From NCBI GenBank assembly GCA_964595645.1, contig CAZQQT010000007.1:32001-96000 (forward strand): a stretch of 64,000 nt of DNA, given 5' to 3'. Position 1 is the first letter of the stretch. The number at the start of each line of letters is the position of its first letter. This document shows, piece by piece, positions 57,301-64,000 of this stretch. The position numbers and the translations under genes are program-made. A model generated the notes under the pieces. That model saw only the letters and a program-made list of their open reading frames with translations, ran no database searches and had not been told where the DNA came from. The stretch comes from an uncultured Thermococci archaeon (lineage in GTDB: Archaea; Methanobacteriota_B; Thermococci; Methanofastidiosales; B48-G16).

Positions 57301-57387
57301 CTCACGTTGAGTGAGTACAAAGAATTCAAGAAAAATCTGGATAGCGTCACAACGAAAGTGATCAAACTCGCGAGGAATATCCTATGA
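54373..57387 (+). CDS. hsdR: Type I R-M restriction subunit
   Basis: PDIV..IECK, HTQGSGKS, DEAHR, GFTGTP, LTGFD, QAIARVNR. Confidence 0.96.
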   Translation: MTQDWTEYHLTEKPALDLLEELGYTVYDINETFERPERDLLREVLLLNNVRSAIQRINPWISENNLNKAVNMIRPTRIRAAGMIEANEITYTRLVKYISVPQDLGKGKKNQTVKYIDFEHPENNEFLALNQYKVKGHEKIKPDIVIFVNGIPIGVIECKNETTCDDPEDDAIDQLRRYQNIRYENENEGAEQLFYPNQILVAAWRDSASSCAIGAPARQFKAWKDPYPHTKEEIRSVVGRNVTLQDILLFSLFKKDRLLDLIQNFIVFERAGNKLIKKLARYQQYRAVTKAVERIKNADTLIDRSGTVWHTQGSGKSLSMLFLALKLRRMEGLGNPTLLVVTDRIDLDDQITGTFERCGFPNPIQAQDTDNLKELLRRNVGKTIMTTVHKFQERVKEKYPVLTEDTNVFVMADEAHRTQYKDLAANMRRALPNACYLGFTGTPIDKEERSTLRTFGSYIDTYTIDESVDDGMTLNILYEGRIPELRVEGRDLDDLFDRIFKNYSNEEKKKIKEKYATERDIAEAKSRIERICLDIIDHYESKIYPLKGQIVTVSREAAARYKEAMDRFNGPESAVIISSDQNDPPLLKKYHTSAGERKHLIETFKDPESNLCLLIVCDMLLTGFDAPVEQVMYLDKPLKEHNLLQAIARVNRRFEEKNYGLIVDYYGVFDYLQEALAVFNKKDIENAVTPIKDEKPRLERTYRQVMQFFEGVDLDDLDECILTFKDEDKRLKFKRAFKAFAKSMDIVMPDPIADPYREDLKTLGKIYKAVRNHYRDSSLDIKGVGGKVKRLIDEHIRATDIKILNEPVSILDKEEFDRTVEEHENIETKASEMEHAIRSEISVKMEENPVFYQSLKERLEEIIEKRVQGRFTFTKQLEEMREIIHEIRDVRTKAEKLGLNEREFALYELLLDEREHERVETVSESTGAYHPGGPELHINKKVRDLSKQLMDDLEDMRVVDWKEKKMILKEMRKVIKLTLSEYKEFKKNLDSVTTKVIKLARNIL

Positions 57388-58121
57388 AATCTACAGAAAA
57401 AGTCTCCCTTGGAAAAACAACAATTCACTACAAAATTGTTCGGAGTAAGAGAAAGACGTTGGGAATTAAAGTTGGACTTGAAGAAGGAGTAATTGTTAGA
57501 GCACCGACTCACTTACCGGTGGACGTTATACGAAAAAAGGTACAAGAAAAGGGGGACTGGATTCTACAAAAACTTGAAAAAATGGGTGAAATTGAGCCGA
57601 AACCAGCTCCTAAAGAATTTATGAGTGGAGAAAAATTGCCGTATTTAGGAAGAAGATATAGGTTAAAGGTTAATAAGGAAAATAATAGTTCTAAAGAAGT
57701 TGATGTGAGATTATATCGTGGTAAATTTTATATTGGCCTCAGCTCTCAGATAAACGAGAGTGAGAGAAGGACGAAAATACGGCAAGCGCTAATCAAATGG
57801 TATAGATCGCACGCACAAAAAAGAATCGCAGAAAGAGTAGAGAAGTATCAATCCAAAATTGGTGTAACGCCTGCGAAAGTAAAGGTAAAGCATCAAAAGA
57901 AACGGTGGGGGAGTTGCTCCAACAAGCGCAACCTGAACTTCAACTGGAGAATTATCATGGCCCCGATATCGCTTGTTGACTACGTGGTAGTACACGAACT
58001 TACTCATCTTAAGTACCCACATCACTCAAAAGAGTTCTGGGATACTATTGCATCAATTCTTCCTGACTATAAAGAAAGACGTGAAAGGTTAAGGGTAAAG
58101 GGAAACACGTTAGAATTTTAG
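57384..58121 (+). CDS. YgjP/DUF45 (SprT-like) HExxH metallo-hydrolase
   Basis: RWGSC, YVVVHELTH, HSKEFW. Confidence 0.93.
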   Translation: MKSTEKVSLGKTTIHYKIVRSKRKTLGIKVGLEEGVIVRAPTHLPVDVIRKKVQEKGDWILQKLEKMGEIEPKPAPKEFMSGEKLPYLGRRYRLKVNKENNSSKEVDVRLYRGKFYIGLSSQINESERRTKIRQALIKWYRSHAQKRIAERVEKYQSKIGVTPAKVKVKHQKKRWGSCSNKRNLNFNWRIIMAPISLVDYVVVHELTHLKYPHHSKEFWDTIASILPDYKERRERLRVKGNTLEF

Positions 58122-58187
58122 ATAGAGAGAATAGTATAGTAGAAGATTTATAAAGATCATCTGCGAAGAGAGAGGAGGGTGTGTGGT

Positions 58188-58889
58188 ATGAAAAATTCAT
58201 TCACGCTTCGTGAACTGCCAGAAGAAGAAAGACCAAGAGAGCGTCTTCAAACTCTTGGAGTGAATTATCTCTCAATGCAAGAACTATTAGCCTTAGTAAT
58301 TGAAAGGGGAAGTAGAGGAAAGAATGTGTTGACTATTGCCCAAGAACTCCTCGCTACGTTCGGGAACCTCTCCAAAATCAAAGAAGCTTCCATAGAACAA
58401 CTTCAACAGGTCGATGGAATCGGGATTGCTACTGCATGTAAGCTAAAGGCCTCGCTAAAATTAGGTGAAAAAGCATTGATCGTGCACGAACGGTATGGAC
58501 AAAAAGTGGAATCACCGGAAAATATATTCCATTTACTTAAAAATGACCTGGGAAACAAAAAGAGAGAACATTTTAAAATAATCTTATTGAACACGAAAAA
58601 ACATATTATAGCCATTGAAAATATCTCTATCGGATCTTTAAATAGTAGCATTGCACACCCACGAGAGATATTCCGTTCTGCTATTCAACATGCAGCGGAT
58701 TCTGTAATTTTGGTGCATAATCATCCTTCGGGTGATCCTAGTCCAAGTGATGACGATATTGAGCTCACTGAAAGACTCATAAAGGTGGGAGATATTTTGG
58801 GTATAAAAGTAGTAGACCATGTGATTATCGCTGGTAAGTCCTTCGTGAACCTTCGGGGGGAGGAAGAAACTGCTGGAATATGGAAATAA
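58188..58889 (+). CDS. radC: RadC/JAB-domain protein
   Basis: RPRERL, HPREIF, HNHPSGDPSPS..D, DHVI. Confidence 0.95.
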   Translation: MKNSFTLRELPEEERPRERLQTLGVNYLSMQELLALVIERGSRGKNVLTIAQELLATFGNLSKIKEASIEQLQQVDGIGIATACKLKASLKLGEKALIVHERYGQKVESPENIFHLLKNDLGNKKREHFKIILLNTKKHIIAIENISIGSLNSSIAHPREIFRSAIQHAADSVILVHNHPSGDPSPSDDDIELTERLIKVGDILGIKVVDHVIIAGKSFVNLRGEEETAGIWK

Positions 58890-58934
58890 AGTATCTTAAG
58901 CTCATATCAAATCTTTGCATAGGAGTACCACAAT

Positions 58935-59174
58935 TTACTTCTCCTCTTCTATCTCCTCAAGTCGCTCCTTGTATTTCCCCATCATGGAGAGCGAGATACC
59001 AAACGCAATGGCCAGGATCATGAAGGGAATGAACGCTGCCAGCCACCACGTCGAGTCGAGCACCTCAAGTACCGCGGTAAGAAGCGCCGGAGGGAACAGT
59101 GCACCGCCCAAGATCTTGGTATATCGCCTCCAGTGAGCAAGCTGTGATCTGAGAGTTCGTTCGTCGTCATTCAT
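58935..59174 (-). CDS. Small two-TM membrane protein
   Basis: Intact hydrophobic ORF. Confidence 0.6.
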   Translation of the reverse strand: MNDDERTLRSQLAHWRRYTKILGGALFPPALLTAVLEVLDSTWWLAAFIPFMILAIAFGISLSMMGKYKERLEEIEEEK

Positions 59175-59261
59175 TATGGAGCGTATCTCACCACATCTTA
59201 AAGTAGATTGTGCCCTGGGACCATCACAACGTTTTTAAAGTGATAGACTAGAATATTATAG

Positions 59262-59630
59262 GTGACTACTCAAATGTGCTCACATACCTCACACCACAAA
59301 AAACCCGTCGATAGACGGATAGAGAGACTCCAGGAGCTGGCAAAGGCCCTCCACTGTCCCACACGGTGGAAGATCATCGCAATCCTCGGATCGGAGACGG
59401 CAACGACAAGCGAGATACGTGACGAGCTCCACACCCACGGGTACGAGATCACGCAGTCCTGTCTGTACTACCACCTCGCCGAGCTAAAAAATGCAGAACT
59501 CATCGAGGTTGCAGCGTTCGTCGAGGAAGGACAGGGAGCCCCCGAGAAGACGTGGAAACTCACCAGCGAACAAATCGTTATCGATCTGATCGAGACGGCA
59601 GGTGACGCCAATGAAGATCATCCGCGCTGA
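59262..59630 (+). CDS. ArsR-family winged-helix regulator
   Basis: KALHCPTRWKII, LYYHLAEL, GAPEKTW. Confidence 0.85.
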   Translation: MTTQMCSHTSHHKKPVDRRIERLQELAKALHCPTRWKIIAILGSETATTSEIRDELHTHGYEITQSCLYYHLAELKNAELIEVAAFVEEGQGAPEKTWKLTSEQIVIDLIETAGDANEDHPR

Positions 59631-60537
59631 ACAGCTCGACAAATCCTTCGACGGGATCCACGCCGTTGACGGCGTCTCCTTCTCGGTATCCAAGGGCGAG
59701 ATATTCGGGTTTCTCGGGCCCAACGGCGCCGGCAAAACAACGACGGTGAGGATCTTCACCGGGGTGATCACTCCCGATGTGGGAACCGCCTGGATCCACG
59801 GGAAGAACGTCAGAGAAAATCCAACCGGTGCGAAGGAGAATATCGGTATCGTCCCCGAGACGGCAAACGCCTATATCGATATGACCGGCTGGCAGAACAT
59901 GATGCTGATGGGCGAGCTCTACGGTGTCCCGAAACAGCGGAGAGAAGCACGGGCAGAGACGCTGATGGACCGTTTCGGCCTTAAAGAGCGATCCCACGAT
60001 ATCGTCAAGGGGTACAGCAAGGGGATGAAAAAGCGGCTGCTCCTGGCCATGGCCATGATCCACGACCCCTCGATACTGTTTCTCGATGAACCCATCGCCG
60101 GACTGGACGTGCAGAGCCAGCGGCTGATCAAGCAGCGAACCCGTGAACTCCACGCCCAGGGAAAAACAATATTTTTAACAACGCACAACATCCCCGTAGC
60201 CAATGAACTCTGCACCCGGGTGGCAGTGATCAACCACGGAAAAATCGCCGCCATCGACACCCCCGAGACCTTAAAAAGCGAGATGAAAGGAACGCAGTCC
60301 GTCGAGGTACGGTTCGCCTCACAGCCGCCGCAGAATATGCTGAAGGAACGCATCAGCGCAGAAAAAATCGAAATACGAGGCGATCGATACCGAATTTACA
60401 CCGCCGATCCCGTCGCCACGGTGGAAGCACTCCTCCAGCTCGCACGGAACGAAGGGAGGAAAATCCTCTCACTGCAGACGCTGGGCCCCAGCCTCGAAGA
60501 CGTCTTTGTCGAGCTCACGGAGGGTGCGCGCCCATGA
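59611..60537 (+). CDS. ABC-2 exporter ATPase
   Basis: GPNGAGKTT, YSKGM, LDEP. Confidence 0.95.
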   Translation: MKIIRAEQLDKSFDGIHAVDGVSFSVSKGEIFGFLGPNGAGKTTTVRIFTGVITPDVGTAWIHGKNVRENPTGAKENIGIVPETANAYIDMTGWQNMMLMGELYGVPKQRREARAETLMDRFGLKERSHDIVKGYSKGMKKRLLLAMAMIHDPSILFLDEPIAGLDVQSQRLIKQRTRELHAQGKTIFLTTHNIPVANELCTRVAVINHGKIAAIDTPETLKSEMKGTQSVEVRFASQPPQNMLKERISAEKIEIRGDRYRIYTADPVATVEALLQLARNEGRKILSLQTLGPSLEDVFVELTEGARP

Positions 60538-61277
60538 TCCAACTGAGCAAATCCATTGCCGTCGCCAAGAAGAACCTTCGTATTTACTACGCGAAGGGAC
60601 CGGTAGTCATCTTCGGTATGTTGTTACCCTTCTTCTTTTTCCTGGCATTCTGGATGGGGAGGGAGATGCCCGCCACCATGCTGGGCACAGGACTCGTGGG
60701 AATGGCAATCTGGTTTACCGCCACGTCCATCAGCCCGGTGATCACGCCGTGGGAAACGAGGACGAAGACGCTTGAACGGCTCGTCTCATCTCCCATCAGC
60801 CACGCCGGAATCTTACTCGGTGATGTCCTGTCCTCGGCGTTGATAGGTATCGTGATGACCGCAGCGCCGGTGCTAATCGCCCTTTTCTTTCTCGAACTGA
60901 CGATTGTCCACCCGCTCCTCCTCTTCATCGGGATTCTCCTGGCAAGCCTGTGCTTCTCGACCATCGGCGTGCTGATGGCGGCCTTCCCCACCGATACGCC
61001 TGCAGACGTGATGATGCTCTCCACGTTGGTCAAGTTCCCCATGGTCTTCATCAGCGGGATTTTCATTCCGATCCACGAGCTTCCTGCGTGGGGAACGGCG
61101 GTGGCCCATCTCTCCCCGCTGACCTACCTCACCGATCTCACCCGCCACTGTTTTGGCGGGGGTGACGCATTCTGGCCCTCACCACTCCACGATATCCTCA
61201 TCCTCATGGGATTCACCGTGCTCTTCGCGGTAGTAGCTGTGGTATCCCACAGAAAAACACTGCCGGGCAGGCTGTAA
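60534..61277 (+). CDS. ABC-2 permease
   Basis: TLERLVSSP, FISGIFIP, SPLTY. Confidence 0.92.
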   Translation: MIQLSKSIAVAKKNLRIYYAKGPVVIFGMLLPFFFFLAFWMGREMPATMLGTGLVGMAIWFTATSISPVITPWETRTKTLERLVSSPISHAGILLGDVLSSALIGIVMTAAPVLIALFFLELTIVHPLLLFIGILLASLCFSTIGVLMAAFPTDTPADVMMLSTLVKFPMVFISGIFIPIHELPAWGTAVAHLSPLTYLTDLTRHCFGGGDAFWPSPLHDILILMGFTVLFAVVAVVSHRKTLPGRL

Positions 61278-61373
61278 TACTGCGCGAGTGTACCACGGAG
61301 CGACCTTGTTGACTGTTGAACGTGGAGAGAGGGTGCACACCATGAAACCGAGGTTTACTGAGCAGGTGATCAC

Positions 61374-63176
61374 ATGTCGAAAACGAAAAGGAAACATCCA
61401 AGAAAAAAAGGTAAGCGCACGAACACCCGCATGATCCCCACGTTGGGGAGGTTAGGCGGATACGCCCGACGCCACTGGCTGAAGATTGCCGGTGCCATGG
61501 TAGCCGTGGTGATCTCCACGGCCTTGGGGCTCGTTCCTCCCTGGCTCATCCGGTACGGCGTGGATACCATAATACTGAAAGGGAGGACGGATCGTCTCGT
61601 GATTATAGGGTTGGCAATGGTCGGTACCGCCGTACTGAAGGGGTTTTTTGACTTTGTAAAAAGTTATGTATCGGAGTACATCGCACAAACCATCATCCAT
61701 GACATCCGCGTGAACCTGTACGAACATCTCACCACCCTCTCATTTTCCTTTTACGATGAATCGAGAACAGGCGATCTCATGTCCCGGCTCACCGCCGATG
61801 CAGACTCACTTCGCCGTTTCCTGGGGAGAGTGAGTACCTACGTTTCTGAGAATATCCTGACCATCGCCGGTATTCTAGTGGTCATGATGATCTGGGACTA
61901 CCGTCTGGGAATGCTGTACCTGTTGCTCCTTCCGTTCATGGTTTTCGGAATGACCATATACGCCACCAGAGTGAGACCGATGTTTCGGAAGGTACGGCGA
62001 ACATTTGCCGCGCTGACCCATGTAGTCCAGGAAAACTTCGTTGGCATCGAGGTAATCAAGCTTTTTGGAAGAGAACGCGAGGAAGAAAAAAAGTTTCACG
62101 CACAAAACAAGCAGTACATCGACATCAATATAGAAGCAGCTAAAGTCTCAGCGTTGTGGATGCCGTATGTCCATTTTCTTATGGGGTTGGGCACCGCGTT
62201 AGTTGTGTGGTACGGCGGTCGGCTGGTCATCACCGACGTGATTTCTCTGGGGACGTTGGCAGGGTTTATCAGCTACATTGCGATGCTGCTGCGTCCTGTG
62301 AGACAGACGGGAATGATGATAAACTTCAGCAGCCAGGCTGTGGCTGCCGCCGAAAGAATATTTGAAGTGATGGACACCTCCTCGGAGATAGAAGACGCCC
62401 CCGATGCCTACGATCTACCCGCAGTGGAAGGTGAGGTAGAAGTTAACGATGTCAGTTTTTCCTACCGGGGAGGAACACAGGTGTTGAAGGATATCAACAT
62501 CCACGTAGCGCCGGGACAGACAGTGGCGATAGTGGGCCCCACCGGCGCCGGAAAAAGCACGTTGCTCCATCTCCTCCCTCGATTTTACGATCCCGACGAG
62601 GGACAGATCCTCATAGATGGACACGATATCAGGGAGGTCACACTCAACAGTTTGAGAAAACAGGTGGGGATTGTACTGCAACACACCTTTCTGTTCGGAG
62701 CCTCTATCAGAGAGAATATCTCCTACGGTAAGCCGGAAGCCCCCATGGACAAGATCATTGAATGTGCTAAAATTGCGCAGATCCATGAGTTCATTGAATC
62801 GTTGCCCCTCGGGTATGAGACGCCGATAGGAGAACGGGGCGTGAACTTATCCGGAGGGCAAAAACAGCGGTTGGCCATGGCCAGAGTGTTACTGACCGAT
62901 CCGGCGTTACTGATACTGGATGAACCCACCTCCAGTATCGATGCTGAGACAGAGGAGAGAATGCGGGAGGCCATGAAGGACGTGATTAAAGATAGAACAA
63001 CGTTTGTGATTGCACATAGACTGTGGACGGTAAAACATGCAGATAAAATTCTGGTAATTAAAAACGGCGAGATAGTAGAAAAAGGAACACATCACGAACT
63101 ACTTTCTCGTGGCGAAGGGTTCTATACGGACGTATATCAACAGGTCCTGAAAAACGAAGAGGCAGGTGAGAAATAA
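61374..63176 (+). CDS. Fused ABC exporter (TMD plus NBD)
   Basis: RTGDLMSR, GPTGAGKS, LSGGQKQR, LDEPTS. Confidence 0.95.
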   Translation: MSKTKRKHPRKKGKRTNTRMIPTLGRLGGYARRHWLKIAGAMVAVVISTALGLVPPWLIRYGVDTIILKGRTDRLVIIGLAMVGTAVLKGFFDFVKSYVSEYIAQTIIHDIRVNLYEHLTTLSFSFYDESRTGDLMSRLTADADSLRRFLGRVSTYVSENILTIAGILVVMMIWDYRLGMLYLLLLPFMVFGMTIYATRVRPMFRKVRRTFAALTHVVQENFVGIEVIKLFGREREEEKKFHAQNKQYIDINIEAAKVSALWMPYVHFLMGLGTALVVWYGGRLVITDVISLGTLAGFISYIAMLLRPVRQTGMMINFSSQAVAAAERIFEVMDTSSEIEDAPDAYDLPAVEGEVEVNDVSFSYRGGTQVLKDINIHVAPGQTVAIVGPTGAGKSTLLHLLPRFYDPDEGQILIDGHDIREVTLNSLRKQVGIVLQHTFLFGASIRENISYGKPEAPMDKIIECAKIAQIHEFIESLPLGYETPIGERGVNLSGGQKQRLAMARVLLTDPALLILDEPTSSIDAETEERMREAMKDVIKDRTTFVIAHRLWTVKHADKILVIKNGEIVEKGTHHELLSRGEGFYTDVYQQVLKNEEAGEK

Positions 63177-64000
63177 TGCGAGGCGGATTCGGTCGTAGAA
63201 TTTCATCGGGTGATGAAGAAGATTTCTCCTTGAAACAGCTGGATAAACGAGCACTGAAATTTCTATTGAAATATCTCAAAAAACACACGAAGGTCCTATT
63301 GATCGCCATCGCCTGTATGGTGATAGTCACGTTGGCCAGTCTCGCCGGTCCCTTTTTAATCAAGATAGCCGTTGATGACTACATCATGGAGGGGGATATG
63401 GCTGGACTGAACTGGGTAGTGATACTGATGGTACTCTCGTATGGGATATACTGGCTTTTTTCCTACTTTCAGACCTACCTCTCCAACTGGATAGGGCAGA
63501 AGATCGTGGGAGATATCAGAGAGGATCTTTACCGTCATCTTCAGGAACTCTCCATCGACTTTTTCCACAAGCGCAATACAGGAGACATCATGTCTCGGGT
63601 TACCCATGATGTGAACGCCCTCTCCGATCTGGTGTCAACAGGGTTTGTCCACCTGCTCAATGATCTCCTCACCGTCACAGGGATTGTGGTAATAATGGTG
63701 GTATTAGACGTGAAACTGGCCCTGGTAAGTTTCATTACCATCCCCTTCATTTTCTTTGTGGTATACGTTCTTGGCAAAAGGATGAGGAAAGCATACAGAG
63801 GAGTCAGAGAAAAGCTGGCCGAACTAAACGCTGATGTTGAAGAAAATTTATCTGGAATTAGACTGATTCAAGCGTTAAATAGAGAGTCAATAAACACGGG
63901 CAAATTCAGTAGGTTGAGCTGGGAAAATTTAAAGGCAAACCTGAAGGCGGCCTCCTACTTCTCCCTTTTATTCCCAGTAATGAACCTGAGCAAAGTGTTC
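63176..64000 (+). CDS. Second fused ABC exporter, partial (runs off the window)
   Basis: TAATG overlap; GPFLIKIAVD, TGDIMSRVTHD. Confidence 0.9.
   Translation, partial: MRGGFGRRISSGDEEDFSLKQLDKRALKFLLKYLKKHTKVLLIAIACMVIVTLASLAGPFLIKIAVDDYIMEGDMAGLNWVVILMVLSYGIYWLFSYFQTYLSNWIGQKIVGDIREDLYRHLQELSIDFFHKRNTGDIMSRVTHDVNALSDLVSTGFVHLLNDLLTVTGIVVIMVVLDVKLALVSFITIPFIFFVVYVLGKRMRKAYRGVREKLAELNADVEENLSGIRLIQALNRESINTGKFSRLSWENLKANLKAASYFSLLFPVMNLSKVF

Noticed and set aside
1-64000. CRISPR array, tRNA, rRNA, transposase or integrase
   Set aside because: No regularly spaced repeats, cloverleaf/T-loop motifs, rRNA-like tracts or recombinase motifs were recognised by eye
59262-64000. RiPP or bacteriocin export cluster
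   Set aside because: No precursor peptide, modifying enzyme or C39 peptidase domain is visible; these look like ordinary ABC exporters

Overview
Archaeal DNA. The evidence is BRE-TATA promoters, GCIGG-type lipoboxes, AF2212/PIN toxin-antitoxin (TA) pairs, a MEDS kinase, a COG1751 protein and a tungsten AOR; a Thermococci-related lineage such as Methanofastidiosia/Theionarchaea is a plausible guess, not a demonstration. All family calls are by-eye motif recognition, with no searches run. Layout: (1) 1-13.7 kb: a legumain-like lipoprotein, a two-component cluster that includes a kinase with a YhhQ/Vut_1-like (queuosine-precursor transporter) input domain, and housekeeping genes. (2) 14-31.7 kb: an accessory zone with a queD-queE-folE2-queC-DUF6884 preQ0 operon, a glycosidase/beta-propeller lipoprotein, many TA modules (three broken MNT/HEPN loci), a CARF-like DUF6293 regulator translationally coupled to an RNase J-like beta-CASP nuclease, and several short duplications. 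(3) 31.7-42 kb: a lower-GC catabolic island (ECF transporter, CapA, M19 dipeptidase, racemase, AOR, MFS, Lrp). (4) 43-58.9 kb: a defence island (McrB with several putative reader domains, frameshifted McrC, an orphan PD-(D/E)xK nuclease, type I R-M with a PIN-GNAT-PUA gene plus an ASCH gene inserted between hsdM and hsdS, YgjP-like protein, RadC). (5) 59-64 kb: ABC exporters. A 31-88 bp bidirectional promoter module occurs three times. I found no rRNA, tRNA, CRISPR array, integrase or transposase.
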